Numbered from the stretch's first letter, positions 1 through 10,067 are shown. The stretch is DNA of 64,000 nt from an uncultured Candidatus Saccharibacteria bacterium (GCA_963528475.1 CAURVP010000002.1:3187-67186); one strand, 5' to 3'. Notes: a model not told the origin generated them from the sequence alone. A program made the numbers and translations.

Positions 1-88
1 GGATAGAGTACGTAATAATTTCATAATGATTGTGCTATTAGTGTTCCATGTCACTATAGCATAAGCGTCATGAAAGGGGAAGATGAAA

Positions 89-109
89 AAGGATTTTTTG
101 AAAATCCTT
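89..109 (-). terminator. Possible terminator hairpin
   Basis: AAGGATTTT, loop TTG, AAAATCCTT. On the minus strand it is followed by TTTTT. It lies about 270 nt beyond the stop of the 380-1816 gene, so the assignment is uncertain. Confidence 0.3.
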
Positions 110-379
110 GCACGATTGTATATTTATATTTTCTGTAGTGCGATGAGGTCTATATCATCAAGGGTGTAAATTTGCCTAGCTAGAAATAATAAGACCGCCA
201 ACTCTACCCGGAACAACGACTGGCAAAACCAGTGATGATACAAGCTCATCCTCACCCTCCAAAAGGGCGGTATCTATGAAGACAGGATAATCATGACAAG
301 CTGCGTTTCAGAACTATACTAGTACTAGTACTAAAAAATCGTCGGGATAGTGCCAGATTTATACGCATTCACGAGATGA

Positions 380-1816
380 TTACGCCACCGGCGGCACTGG
401 TATCGGCGCGTGGTAAGCCCAATAGGTGCCAAAGGTATAGTACAGCAAAATTGCCCCGCAGCCGAAGAATATAAGGGCATGAAATACCTTAGCCGAGGCG
501 GTGTTGAACCAAACATACTTGCGTAGCCACACCCCACAGGGAATGAGTAACACGAGTAGCGCCGTAAAGTAACGCCCCTGCACTCCATCAGCGTAGTATG
601 CACCAGCACCAAAGCGAATTGGTAGCAGCGCCCAGGCGGTGTACATCGCATATGAAACCGCCGCAATAAAGACGGCAACAGTAGTGAGGTTGGCCGCGGC
701 TAATCGACCAGCAGCTGGCGCTAGTGCTTGTTCCTCAGCCTTATCACGCTTGATGAGTGCAAGAAAGACCAGTAGAAAGAGTGGAATCAAAACAAAGAGC
801 GGCAGGTGATATTTGAAGCTTGAGAAGTCGCCCACACTACCACGTACCACAATGTCGGTGTAGCCAATGTTTGGATTGATATAGGTATTAAAGAGGATGC
901 GGATAAACCCGAGTGGATTATGATGCAGTGGATTATCGGCTGCACCAGATGAAAGGAGCGCACCATCATAGATCTTTTGCCAGACGAGTAGTGCCGCCAG
1001 CGATACAATGCCAGCGCCCGCGATCAGCGCCCATTTATGCAGGTTGAAGGGGAGCTTCTTGAAAAGTGATGGTAGCTTCGGCAGCTCGGTGTTTGGGATG
1101 AAGAGTCGCCCTGGCAAAAACAGCAGTGGAAAGAGCAGCAAACCATTAACCGCCTTGGTCAGTGCCAGCAGTGCCGCTATAGCTAAGAGGCCGGCAACTT
1201 GCTTGCGACGGATCGGCGTTTCTTGGGTGTAGAGATTGAGAGTCATGGCGGTAATGAGGAATATCGCCACGTTCGTCATGACGTCGCTCGAGAGTGAGGC
1301 GGCGAGATGAACCATTAGTGGTAACAGCCCCACTACTGCAAAGACCCACTTACCAATCCGCACCCACTTGATAATGAAAAATACACTCAGCGCATAGAAC
1401 AGTAAGTTTGCAATCCGCCCAAAGAGAATCGTCAAACCCGTCGACCCGTTGAAGAGATTAGCAATAAAAATACCAAGCGTTTGCGGCGCATGCATAATGG
1501 GTGCGTAGCCCACGGCACTGTTACATTTGCTTGTCTTGAGTTCTGAGCGGTTGATAGGGCGCGAATAATCAGCGCTGATATTGCCATGATACACCGATGA
1601 TGCTCGGCCATTAACGTCCACTGGGTAGGTGCAGCGCTTGGACTCGAGGCGACCATCAGCTAGCGCATACGCCCGCAAGTAGTGCATGTTCTCATCACTT
1701 ACTGATAGCTGCGGCACAAAAAACGCCGACAATAAGCCAAACAACAAACACAGCGAAAGAAAGACTCGCTCTGGCCGTGCAATAAATGATTCGAATGATG
1801 CCCAATATTTCTTCAT
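380..1816 (-). CDS. Polytopic membrane protein, DUF2142-like (candidate GT-C type glycosyltransferase of the glycan locus)
   Basis: ORF 380..1885 trimmed to MKKYW (ATG 1816), 10 nt downstream of a minus-strand TATAAT (1827-1832). It has many hydrophobic helices. The N-terminal loop SVSDENMHYLRAYALADG matches my recollection of the DUF2142 signature. Family call is from memory only. Confidence 0.6.
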   Translation of the reverse strand: MKKYWASFESFIARPERVFLSLCLLFGLLSAFFVPQLSVSDENMHYLRAYALADGRLESKRCTYPVDVNGRASSVYHGNISADYSRPINRSELKTSKCNSAVGYAPIMHAPQTLGIFIANLFNGSTGLTILFGRIANLLFYALSVFFIIKWVRIGKWVFAVVGLLPLMVHLAASLSSDVMTNVAIFLITAMTLNLYTQETPIRRKQVAGLLAIAALLALTKAVNGLLLFPLLFLPGRLFIPNTELPKLPSLFKKLPFNLHKWALIAGAGIVSLAALLVWQKIYDGALLSSGAADNPLHHNPLGFIRILFNTYINPNIGYTDIVVRGSVGDFSSFKYHLPLFVLIPLFLLVFLALIKRDKAEEQALAPAAGRLAAANLTTVAVFIAAVSYAMYTAWALLPIRFGAGAYYADGVQGRYFTALLVLLIPCGVWLRKYVWFNTASAKVFHALIFFGCGAILLYYTFGTYWAYHAPIPVPPVA

Positions 1817-1889
1817 AACACGCCTGATTATAGAGCACAAATCACAACAGAGCAAATTATGGTCTAAATCGCAGGAAATAATCAACCAG

Positions 1890-1898
1890 TGGTATACT
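1890..1898 (+). promoter_or_regulatory. Extended -10 box TGgTATACT (flippase gene)
   Basis: 10 nt upstream of ATG 1909. Confidence 0.45.
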
Positions 1899-1908
1899 AA
1901 GTAAGATT

Positions 1909-3135
1909 ATGCAATCTAAAAATTATATCTGGAACTCTATTGGCTCCTTTTTGCAAAGTGCTATCTCGCCAGCACTCCTGCTGCTTATTACGCGGCTTAA
2001 TGGCATTGCCGACTCGGGAATTTTTTCCTTTGCGTTGTCGCTCTCGGTAGTGTTTTGGGCGATTGGTTTGTGGGGTGGGCGTACTTACCAGGTGTCGGAT
2101 GTGCGCAAAGAGTTTAGTAGTAGCAGCTACCTTGCCGTTAAACTCGTGACGTCGATCGTGATGATGGTAGGTGCGGTGCTGTTTTGCGTGGCAAATCACT
2201 ATGATGTCGTGAAGTCGAGTATCATCATCGCGCTCGTACTCTTCAAGGCGCTGGAGGCAGTAGCCGATGCGCTTTACGGCGTACTGCAAATCCACCACAG
2301 GCTCTACGTTGTTGGCTATTCGCTTACTATTAAGGCAGTGGGTGGGTTTGGAGCATTTTTGCTCGTCGATATGCTTGTGCATAGTGTGCTGTGGGGGGTA
2401 GTAGCAATTGTGATGGTCAATGCCCTCATGCTTGTGTTGTACGATTGGCAACAAGTGCAGCGATATGAATCTATTCAGCTTCACATCGACCATCTCGTGC
2501 CTAAGCTACGCCATGTTGGTATGATCATGCGGCGCTGCGCACCAGTGTTCCTTACCACATTTTTGACGATGTTTTCGCTTAATATTCCGCGCTATTTCCT
2601 TGATACATTCCACACACACGAGATCGCTTATTTTGGTATTATGGCTATGCCCATTACCTTACTCTCGCTATTTATTACCTTCATTATTCAGCCTAATATT
2701 GTGCAATTGTCGGAGCTCTATCATCAGCAAAAGCGCCTTGAGTTCCACGCTTTAGTGAGCAAGATTATCCTTATCGTCTTGGGTATTAGTGCACTAACAC
2801 TGATTGCGACGTGGCTAGTTGGGGCACCGCTTCTTACTCTCATTTTCAATGCACGCATTACTGATTACCGCACCGAGCTACTCATCATGGTAGTGGGAGC
2901 GGTGGCTAATGCGCTGGTATCGATTTATATCAATATCCTCACCGTGCTGCGCGAATTTAAGGGGCAGTTCTATATACTTTTGCTGAGTAATATTATACTC
3001 ACAGTCGTGTCATATAGCGTGGTGCAGCACTATGCGATGCTGGGCAGTGTGCTGTGTTTTATGGTGGCAGGCATCATCCAAGCAGTGCTGCTCGCGGTGG
3101 TCTATCGCCGACAACTGCGCTCTATGGCTGCGTAG
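1909..3135 (+). CDS. Wzx-like polysaccharide flippase (MOP superfamily membrane protein)
   Basis: 408 aa and almost entirely hydrophobic helices (about 12). Sits in the glycan locus. A TGgTATACT box lies at 1890-1898. Confidence 0.6.
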   Translation: MQSKNYIWNSIGSFLQSAISPALLLLITRLNGIADSGIFSFALSLSVVFWAIGLWGGRTYQVSDVRKEFSSSSYLAVKLVTSIVMMVGAVLFCVANHYDVVKSSIIIALVLFKALEAVADALYGVLQIHHRLYVVGYSLTIKAVGGFGAFLLVDMLVHSVLWGVVAIVMVNALMLVLYDWQQVQRYESIQLHIDHLVPKLRHVGMIMRRCAPVFLTTFLTMFSLNIPRYFLDTFHTHEIAYFGIMAMPITLLSLFITFIIQPNIVQLSELYHQQKRLEFHALVSKIILIVLGISALTLIATWLVGAPLLTLIFNARITDYRTELLIMVVGAVANALVSIYINILTVLREFKGQFYILLLSNIILTVVSYSVVQHYAMLGSVLCFMVAGIIQAVLLAVVYRRQLRSMAA

Positions 3136-3371
3136 TGTGAGTAGATAGTTTCTACCTCCCCCAATCCCTCCGACAGGGGTACCAAAAGGGTTGAGTCTAT
3201 GAGATACTGACCTCTTATGCTGGGATAAACGATCATTCAATTGACTACAACGATATGAGGGACCTAATGGTGTTATATGAGTTTTTAAAGAGGCAGGGTA
3301 GCTCTTTAGTATATCCTTTGTTTCACATCAACCATACGATTTCATATATTTCAAAAAGCTTACGCTAACTG

Positions 3372-3380
3372 TGCTATAAT
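3372..3380 (+). promoter_or_regulatory. Extended -10 box TGcTATAAT (RmlD paralog 1 / GT8 operon)
   Basis: 21 nt upstream of ATG 3402. The leader contains SD aggaggg. Confidence 0.5.
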
Positions 3381-3401
3381 AGCGGAAACAAAGGAGGGTA
3401 T

Positions 3402-4259
3402 ATGAGCAAGGGGATTGTAATATTGGGTTGTAATGGTCAAGTGGGGCGGGCGCTCCAGGAGATATATCCAAAGGCAACGGCGCTGGGTCACCAGCAGCTC
3501 GACATTGCTGATGAAGAGCAGGTGCTTGGATATGATTGGTCGGGTGTAGATGTCATTATCAACGCAGCGGCGTTCGTCAATGCCGATGGATCCGAAACGC
3601 GTGAAGGTCGCACTAAAGCGTGGCAGGTTAATGCTGTTGGCCCGCGCAACCTTGTCAAGGTAGCGCTGGAGCATGATATTACACTGGTGCACTACTCATC
3701 CGACTATGTCTTTGATGGGACGAACAAAAACCACGGTGAGGATGAGTCACTCTCACCACTGTCGGTCTATGGTGATGTCAAGGCAGCAGGGGATCTACTA
3801 GTTAGCCTTGCGCCACGTCATTATGTACTGCGTGTCTCGTGGGTGATTGGTGATGGGCACAACTTCCCACGGACAATGAAGCGCCTGGCTGACATGCGCA
3901 TCAATCCCAAGGTTGTGGATGATCAATATGGTCGGCCAACCTTTGCGTCGGAGATTGCGCGTGCCACCAAGCATTTGATAGATACCAAGGCTGAGTATGG
4001 CTTGTATCACGTTTCTAACTCTGGGCCGATCAAGTCGTGGGCAGAGCTTGCCGAGGATGTATTCGAATATGCAGGGCACGATCGCGATAGGGTTGTAAAA
4101 GTGTCAACACAAGAGTATAGTAAAGACAAGATTCCGTTTGCACCTCGACCGATGTATAGTGATATGAATTTGTCGAAGTTGCACAACACCGGATTCATCA
4201 GTGAGAGCTATCAGCCATTACTGGAAAACTACGTAAAAAACATAGCAGCGGTGGAATAA
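3402..4259 (+). CDS. RmlD-family dTDP-4-dehydro-6-deoxyhexose reductase (paralog 1)
   Basis: Nucleotide-binding ILGCNGQVG, SSDYVFDG, and a YGDVK Tyr-x3-Lys catalytic pair. Full-length alignable by eye to the ORF at 8617-9480. SD aggaggg lies upstream. Confidence 0.8.
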   Translation: MSKGIVILGCNGQVGRALQEIYPKATALGHQQLDIADEEQVLGYDWSGVDVIINAAAFVNADGSETREGRTKAWQVNAVGPRNLVKVALEHDITLVHYSSDYVFDGTNKNHGEDESLSPLSVYGDVKAAGDLLVSLAPRHYVLRVSWVIGDGHNFPRTMKRLADMRINPKVVDDQYGRPTFASEIARATKHLIDTKAEYGLYHVSNSGPIKSWAELAEDVFEYAGHDRDRVVKVSTQEYSKDKIPFAPRPMYSDMNLSKLHNTGFISESYQPLLENYVKNIAAVE

Positions 4260-4275
4260 AGGAGAGAGGCAGGCC

Positions 4276-5304
4276 ATGCCCAGAGTCAAAAAGAAAATCT
4301 TAAACGTCTTGTATCAGAGTGACGATAACTACGCAGTGGTGAGTGCGATTTCGATCGCATCATTGCTTGAGAATAACAAGACACTCGATGAGATTCATAT
4401 TTTTTATTGTGGGTATAAGCTAAGTAAGCAAAGTAAGGATCGTCTCAAAAAGTTGGTTGAAAAATACCCCAACGCCTATTTAACATTTATCAATCCTAAC
4501 GCGTACCACAAGAAATTACAGAAGCTAGGCGTTAAGCCGTGGCATGGCGTGTATGTGACGTGGCTCAAGATGCTGGCTCTTGCCGATCTTGATATCAAGA
4601 CCGATCGCGTACTCTACCTTAATCCGCATACGATCATTACCAGCTCGCTCGATGGTTTACTGGAGCTTGATTTTGAGAAAAATATCATGGCACTAGCCTA
4701 CGACACTCTCACCAATCAGCACAAAGCAACGATTGGCCTCCAGCCTACCGATGGCTACTACAACTGTGGTATCATGCTCATCAATCACAAAAAATGGCTC
4801 AAAGATGATGTGTCGAGTCAAGTGATAGAGCACCTGTCGAAGAAAAGTGACTATGTCATTGCCGATCAAGACCTCTGTAATGTTATGTTCAGAGGGCAGA
4901 TTAAGACGCTCGATATCGCCTATAATTTCTCTAGTGCGTTTTATGCTTATCGGCCGCAAGATCTGCTGCGCATTAATAATCTTAAGCAGCCGTATTTCTA
5001 TAGTTACGACGAGATTATGACTAACTATTACAGTCCCAAGATTATTCACTCGCTCTATGGCATTCAGGGTAAACCATGGGAAGTTGGCAACAAGCACCCG
5101 AACCGACTGCTGTGGCAAAAGTATTTTGCACTCACTCCGTGGAAAAACACCGAGCTCCCACACGCTAAAAAAACACTGGTGTGGTATCTGTATGATGTCT
5201 TACCTCGCCCAATCTTTATGCAGCTATACATCATGGCAGTGGAGCGCAAGTTTGCCGAGGTCGATAAAGAGAAAACCGAGACTACTGAAGCAAACGTGAG
5301 GTAG
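4276..5304 (+). CDS. Glycosyltransferase family 8-like protein with a non-canonical NxH in place of DxD
   Basis: GT8-type blocks are present: NVLYQSDDNYA, YYNCGIMLINHKKW, ADQDLCN, IIHSLYGIQGKPW. The expected LYLDxD block reads LYLNPH (4621-4629). Visibly AT-rich. Confidence 0.7.
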   Translation: MPRVKKKILNVLYQSDDNYAVVSAISIASLLENNKTLDEIHIFYCGYKLSKQSKDRLKKLVEKYPNAYLTFINPNAYHKKLQKLGVKPWHGVYVTWLKMLALADLDIKTDRVLYLNPHTIITSSLDGLLELDFEKNIMALAYDTLTNQHKATIGLQPTDGYYNCGIMLINHKKWLKDDVSSQVIEHLSKKSDYVIADQDLCNVMFRGQIKTLDIAYNFSSAFYAYRPQDLLRINNLKQPYFYSYDEIMTNYYSPKIIHSLYGIQGKPWEVGNKHPNRLLWQKYFALTPWKNTELPHAKKTLVWYLYDVLPRPIFMQLYIMAVERKFAEVDKEKTETTEANVR

Positions 5305-5319
5305 CGTATATAATAAAAC

Positions 5320-5349
5320 AAACCGGCTCGAGGAAATCGAGCCGGTTTC
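5320..5349. terminator. Hairpin terminator between convergent GT8 and GT2 genes
   Basis: CCGGCTCGA (5323-5331), loop GGAAA, then TCGAGCCGG (5337-5345). Flanked by an upstream A-tract and a downstream TTT. Confidence 0.7.
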
Positions 5350-5687
5350 GTCGTGTGCTGCAAAGGGTAATATTTCTTGATGTAGAATAGTGTAAATTAT
5401 TTATACTCTTACTATCATGTATATTACTCAAAACAGCGCGTTATTCTAAAATTTCTTGATATAAAAATATAAAAAAGTGTTTTATAAAAGTGAAAACCGA
5501 TTTTCGCGTCTATTATCTCATCTATAATAAAACTGAAATGAGCTAATAGAGAAAATAATAAGCGAATTGCTACTAATGAATGTCATTCTCTAGTTTTATT
5601 ATGCAATAGTGCAAGAGCAAAGAGACGCTAATTTACCATAAAATAACCGCTATTTTTATAGAGGTGAGAGGATATTCAAATTACCAA

Positions 5688-6503
5688 CTAAGACAACAAC
5701 TGATGAATGCGCGATGTAATATGGAGCCGCGCTGCCCGAGCGGCTTTATGCCAGCCAACCGATGCGAAACGCTGAGCATAGCTACTATATACTGCATTTT
5801 CTTCTGCAAAGCGCACGCCATCCTTTGACTTTTCCTTGCTTGAGAGCGACTGGGCAAAGCGCCGGTATTGGAATGTCTCAGTCTGATCAAAAGCAAGTAC
5901 TGCTCCGTCAAGAATAAAATCAAATACCAAGACAAGATCTTCTAGTATAGTATACGTCGCATCAAAGGAGTACCGCTTAAGTGTCGCTGTCTTCCAGACA
6001 ATCGATGGGAAGTAGAGCCAGTCGCCATGACTCAGAGACGTTGCGAGCTTTTCGCCTGAGTAAAGCCCCGATTTACGAGGCTGCAAAAATCGCTTAACAC
6101 GGTCAACCAATGGGAGATATAGCTGCCCCTTATCATTAATCACTTGCACTCCTGGCTGATAAAAATCTGCCTCACCAATTGTCTGTAGTGCTACTGCTAC
6201 GCACTCCGGCAAGAGCCGATCATCACACCCCACAATCATACAGTGTGGTGCCGTTACGTGCTGGACGGCAAAGTTGAAGTTATTGGTAATGCCGAGGTTT
6301 TTCTTGTGTCGGATATAGGTGATGCGTGAATCGGCGAGTTTTGTGTAATAATCGCGTGCTTCGGTCGATGGGTAGTGATCATCAAGAATGGTCAGGTGCC
6401 AGTCGTCGCTCGTCTGAGCCAAGACAGAGTCAACCGCTTCTTTGAGAAGAGCGAATTCGCCCCAGTAAGGGATGACGATATCGAGTGATTTATTTTTTGT
6501 CAT
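5688..6503 (-). CDS. Glycosyltransferase family 2
   Basis: ORF 5688..6632 trimmed to MTKNKSLDIVIPYWGE (ATG 6503). It has GT-A N-terminal beta-strand/helix and ILDD acidic motifs. Overlaps the upstream gene stop by 14 nt. Confidence 0.75.
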   Translation of the reverse strand: MTKNKSLDIVIPYWGEFALLKEAVDSVLAQTSDDWHLTILDDHYPSTEARDYYTKLADSRITYIRHKKNLGITNNFNFAVQHVTAPHCMIVGCDDRLLPECVAVALQTIGEADFYQPGVQVINDKGQLYLPLVDRVKRFLQPRKSGLYSGEKLATSLSHGDWLYFPSIVWKTATLKRYSFDATYTILEDLVLVFDFILDGAVLAFDQTETFQYRRFAQSLSSKEKSKDGVRFAEENAVYSSYAQRFASVGWHKAARAARLHITSRIHQLLS

Positions 6504-6849
6504 GAGCCGAGAGTTTAATTGACAATTCTTGATGGAGGTCGCGCACGCGGCGTTCGTTTTGGTCAATCCGCTGGCGCTGCGTGTTGACGATGTAGAAGAG
6601 TAACACAATCGCTGTCGTCTGGACAATATCAAACAAGCTCAATTCCGACGAATCAAACGGTGGGTGGCCAATCGAAATATTATACAACGGGAAGCAGCTT
6701 AGCAGCACTGCCATCACTACCAGCCACATCACCACCTGGTGGCGCAGACGAGTGATAGTGATCTTGCGTAATTTATATTGGGTGATGATATTGACGAGCG
6801 CCAAGAGAATAATTGGCACATTGAGTAAGACAAGGGCAAAGTATCTCAT
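6490..6849 (-). CDS. Small membrane protein, DUF2304/GacJ-like
   Basis: 119 aa with 3-4 TM helices and a charged coiled tail. Overlaps by 4 nt the stop of the GT2 gene upstream of it in the operon (6846-7565). This pairing is known for streptococcal GacI/GacJ. Confidence 0.6.
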   Translation of the reverse strand: MRYFALVLLNVPIILLALVNIITQYKLRKITITRLRHQVVMWLVVMAVLLSCFPLYNISIGHPPFDSSELSLFDIVQTTAIVLLFYIVNTQRQRIDQNERRVRDLHQELSIKLSAHDKK

Positions 6850-7565
6850 TCGAAGAGCTCCGTTAAGCGTTGTTTGAATAAGCGTTTGACGATATTGATG
6901 GCATTCCAGTTGTTTTGACCTTTAGCACGGGAGTAGTCGGTGTAGATTGCCTTGATTGGGTATTCACCAATTGTCATCCCCGCTTGCTTGGCACGCCAGA
7001 TCATCTCCGAGCAAAATTCGTAACCAGTTGACTTCCAGTCGAGGTCATCAATGGCGCGGCGCGAATAGATACGTAGGCCAGACTGTGAGTCCGTCACATT
7101 AATACCAAATAAGAGCTTGGTGATCAAACTCAAGCCTTTATTGCCGAGCACTTTTGTCTTGGACATACCGGTGCTGTCAATGAGACGACTGCCAATGAGC
7201 AAATCGGCTTGGCGCTCATCGATCTGCGTGATGCCTGCCAATACATCTTCTGGCGCGTGCTGGCCATCGGCGTCCATCGTGGCGGCAATGTCATATCCAT
7301 GCTGCCGAGCATACGATAGACCAGTTAATGTTGCGCCGCCCGCACCAGAGTTAAGGATATGATCGATCGTAATGGCACCACCTTTTTTAGCTTGGGTAAG
7401 TGTGTCGTCCTTCGATCCATCATTTACCAGCACAACGTCGATCGTATAGCCAGCCGCCTTGGCTTTGGCAAAGACTCGCTTGGATTGTCTGATCACGTCC
7501 TTGATGACCGTCGCTTCATTGTAGGCTGGGACGATCACGCACACTGTCTTGGTATTCGTTTTCAT
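6846..7565 (-). CDS. GT2 polyprenol-phosphate glycosyltransferase (GacI/GtrB-like)
   Basis: VCVIVPAYNEATVI, NDGSKDDT and MDADGQH motifs typical of dolichol-P/undecaprenol-P sugar synthases. Confidence 0.75.
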   Translation of the reverse strand: MKTNTKTVCVIVPAYNEATVIKDVIRQSKRVFAKAKAAGYTIDVVLVNDGSKDDTLTQAKKGGAITIDHILNSGAGGATLTGLSYARQHGYDIAATMDADGQHAPEDVLAGITQIDERQADLLIGSRLIDSTGMSKTKVLGNKGLSLITKLLFGINVTDSQSGLRIYSRRAIDDLDWKSTGYEFCSEMIWRAKQAGMTIGEYPIKAIYTDYSRAKGQNNWNAINIVKRLFKQRLTELFE

Positions 7566-7580
7566 ATTGGTATTATTATA

Positions 7581-8432
7581 CTACGCCGAGAGGTAATTTC
7601 CGTAGCCTGATTTTTTTAACGGTGCAGCAAGTTCGGCAAGCTGCTTGTCGGTAATCCAACCGTTGATGTGCGCAGTCTTTTCGGGGCTGCCAACGACTTG
7701 GCCGGTGCGATTCTGTACAACGCGCACAAAGTCCTCAGCATCGGTCAGGCTGCTAATCGTCCCAGTATCAAGCCATACATCGCCATTATCCAGTGTCTGG
7801 ACCTTCAGTTTGCCACGACGCAGATACTCAGCGTTCACAGAGGTAATTTCTAACTCGCCACGGTCGCTTGGCTGGACATTCTTCGCAATTTCTACCACAT
7901 CATTGTCGTAGAAATAGAGTCCCACTACTGCAAAGTTCGACTTAGGCTGGGCGGGCTTTTCTTCGATCGACACCGCATGATTGTTATCATCAAAGGCTAC
8001 AACGCCATACCGCTCTGGGTCAGATACTTTGTAAGCAAAGACCACACCACCATCTGGGTCGGTGCAGGCACGCAGCGAATCATCGAGCGCTGCGCCGTAG
8101 AAGATGTTATCGCCCAAGACGAGCGCCACCTTGTCATCACCAATAAACTCCTCACCAATGATAAATGCTTGTGCCAAGCCATCGGGGCTGGGCTGAATGG
8201 CATATTGCAGATTGATACCCCACTGCGCACCATCACCAAGCAAGCGCTGGAAGCCTGCTTGATCAGCTGGGGTAGTGATGATGAGGATGTCGCGAATCCC
8301 TGCTTGCATCAGCGTGGTGAGAGGGTAATAGATCATCGGCTTATCATAGATGGGCATCAGCTGTTTGCTAATTGCTTTAGTAATCGGCCACAGGCGCGAA
8401 CCCGAACCACCTGCCAAAATAATACCTTTCAT
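7581..8432 (-). CDS. rmlA: Glucose-1-phosphate thymidylyltransferase
   Basis: [18 protein letters not shown] signature. Length matches the full-length family. A TGgTATGAT box on the minus strand lies at 8465-8473. Confidence 0.95.
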   Translation of the reverse strand: MKGIILAGGSGSRLWPITKAISKQLMPIYDKPMIYYPLTTLMQAGIRDILIITTPADQAGFQRLLGDGAQWGINLQYAIQPSPDGLAQAFIIGEEFIGDDKVALVLGDNIFYGAALDDSLRACTDPDGGVVFAYKVSDPERYGVVAFDDNNHAVSIEEKPAQPKSNFAVVGLYFYDNDVVEIAKNVQPSDRGELEITSVNAEYLRRGKLKVQTLDNGDVWLDTGTISSLTDAEDFVRVVQNRTGQVVGSPEKTAHINGWITDKQLAELAAPLKKSGYGNYLSA

Positions 8433-8616
8433 ACGTAAAACTCCTTTGTTCTAACTATATACTTATCATACCAGATAAAGTAATAGTACCATAATACCGA
8501 AGATAATGGGAATATATAACAGTGTACGAAAGAGTCAGTCTAGATAATGCACGAAGTCAAACAGAATTATCCACGTCGTGAGATGATACCCTAAAGCTAT
8601 GACAAATAGTCAAGGG

Positions 8617-9480
8617 CTACTTTAATGGGTTATTTAGAGTAACATATTCACGTAGTGCCTCGCGCCAGTCTTGGCTAACGAAGCCAGTCGCATGAAGTTT
8701 ATCAAGGCTGAGGTCACTATTGAGCGGTCGTGGTGCGACGCCGGGCTTATTAGCAAAATACTCGGCAGTGGTTGTATCTGTTACTAGTAAGTCATCACGC
8801 CCTGCTAAGGCAAAGATCTGCCGTGTAATGTCTGCCCAGCTTACCAGTGGACCACTATTTGTTACATTGTAGGTGCCGTATGGTGCCTTATTCTCTACTA
8901 AGTAGTCAATCGCCCGTGCAATTTCTGGCGTGAAGCTCAGGCGGCCGATTTGGTCTGCTACCACTGTTGGTGCGATATTTTTTGCGGCCAGGCCGAGCAT
9001 CGTTGTCACGAAGTTTTTACCATCGCCGATCACCCAGCTGGTGCGGATAATATAGTGCCGTGGCGTGGTGCTCGCGGCAATGTCGCCTGCTGCTTTGGAT
9101 GCACCATAGACACTTAAAGGGCTAAATAGCTCATCTTCGGTATGTGGTGCTGTCTCACCATCAAAAACATAATCGCTCGACACATGAACCAAGGTAATGT
9201 CTCGCTCAGAGCAGATACGAGCAAGCTGTCCCACCGCTTGGGCATTGATGCGCCAGGCTACTGCGCGGCCCTCCGATGTTTCTGCGCCGTCAACATTGGT
9301 ATAAGCAGCAGTGTTGATGATTGTCGTAATGCTGGACCAGTCGAAGTTCGCAATAGCTGCTGCGCTGCAGAGATCGAGGTCATTGTGTCCAATCGCCCGA
9401 GCGCTAGGGTATTGCTGCTGCATTGCTTTGGCCAATTGCCCGTTGGCACCAATGATGAGGGTAGAGGTGTAATCTGTCAT
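8617..9480 (-). CDS. rmlD: dTDP-4-dehydrorhamnose reductase (paralog 2, in operon with rmlB/rmlC)
   Basis: IIGANGQLA, SSDYVFDG, YGASK. Lies 17 nt downstream of rmlC. Confidence 0.85.
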   Translation of the reverse strand: MTDYTSTLIIGANGQLAKAMQQQYPSARAIGHNDLDLCSAAAIANFDWSSITTIINTAAYTNVDGAETSEGRAVAWRINAQAVGQLARICSERDITLVHVSSDYVFDGETAPHTEDELFSPLSVYGASKAAGDIAASTTPRHYIIRTSWVIGDGKNFVTTMLGLAAKNIAPTVVADQIGRLSFTPEIARAIDYLVENKAPYGTYNVTNSGPLVSWADITRQIFALAGRDDLLVTDTTTAEYFANKPGVAPRPLNSDLSLDKLHATGFVSQDWREALREYVTLNNPLK

Positions 9481-9497
9481 GCACGCTTCCTTTCTTT

Positions 9498-10067
9498 TTA
9501 TAATTCCATTGGCTGTACGTCACGCAGGAGTGGGTGCGCAGCATCTTTGTCAGAGATGATCGCCTGATCTTTGCCAAGTGGCCACGCAATATCGAGCGCT
9601 GGGTCAAAGAGATTGACAAAGGTATACTGCGCATCTGGTGACCAATGGGCGTCAACCAGGTAGGTATATGCCACATTATCGTCCAGTGTCTGATAGCCAT
9701 TTGCCACGCCCTTGGGTACAAACACCGCTGTGCCAGGATTAATTTCTACAGAGAATGTGTGGCCGAAGGTTGGGCCTTGGCGCACATCACACCATGCACC
9801 GAACACGCGGCCATTCGCAGTGCTAATGAACTTGTTCCAGGGCTCGGCGTGTAGCCCACGTGTTGCACCAGCTTTGTCATTAAAGCTGATATTGTTTTGT
9901 ACAATGGTAAAGGCAGGTAGCCCCAGCGCTTCCATCTTCTCCTTCTGGTAATTTTCTTTGAACCACCCACGGTTGTCACCATGGACAGGCAGTTTAATGA
10001 CGAATAGTCCTGGAATTGGTGATTCAGTCACAGTAAGGTCGTTATAGCTTGATGGGTCGAAATTCAT
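9498..10067 (-). CDS. rmlC: dTDP-4-dehydrorhamnose 3,5-epimerase
   Basis: Cupin-type GLFVIKLPVHGDNRGWFKENY. Start set at ATG 10067, which follows SD aaaggag and forms an ATGA overlap with the Nudix stop. Confidence 0.9.
   Translation of the reverse strand: MNFDPSSYNDLTVTESPIPGLFVIKLPVHGDNRGWFKENYQKEKMEALGLPAFTIVQNNISFNDKAGATRGLHAEPWNKFISTANGRVFGAWCDVRQGPTFGHTFSVEINPGTAVFVPKGVANGYQTLDDNVAYTYLVDAHWSPDAQYTFVNLFDPALDIAWPLGKDQAIISDKDAAHPLLRDVQPMEL

Noticed and set aside
331-678. Numerous 60-200 aa ORFs in the track that lie antisense to or out of frame with large genes (e.g. 331-678, 1897-2493, 13660-14160, 14455-14976, 28187-28780, 32999-33565, 41752-42273, 62845-63429)
   Set aside because: Each is fully embedded in a longer ORF with strong family motifs. 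They have skewed, low-complexity composition (R/S/P/C-rich) typical of shadow frames in GC-richer coding DNA, and none has a start context.
5350-5687. About 340-bp AT-rich spacer with TATAAT-like boxes, considered as an sRNA gene or mobile-element remnant
   Set aside because: I could identify no inverted or direct terminal repeats, no stable terminator-flanked transcript unit, and no ORF. It may simply be an acquisition scar next to the AT-rich GT8 gene.
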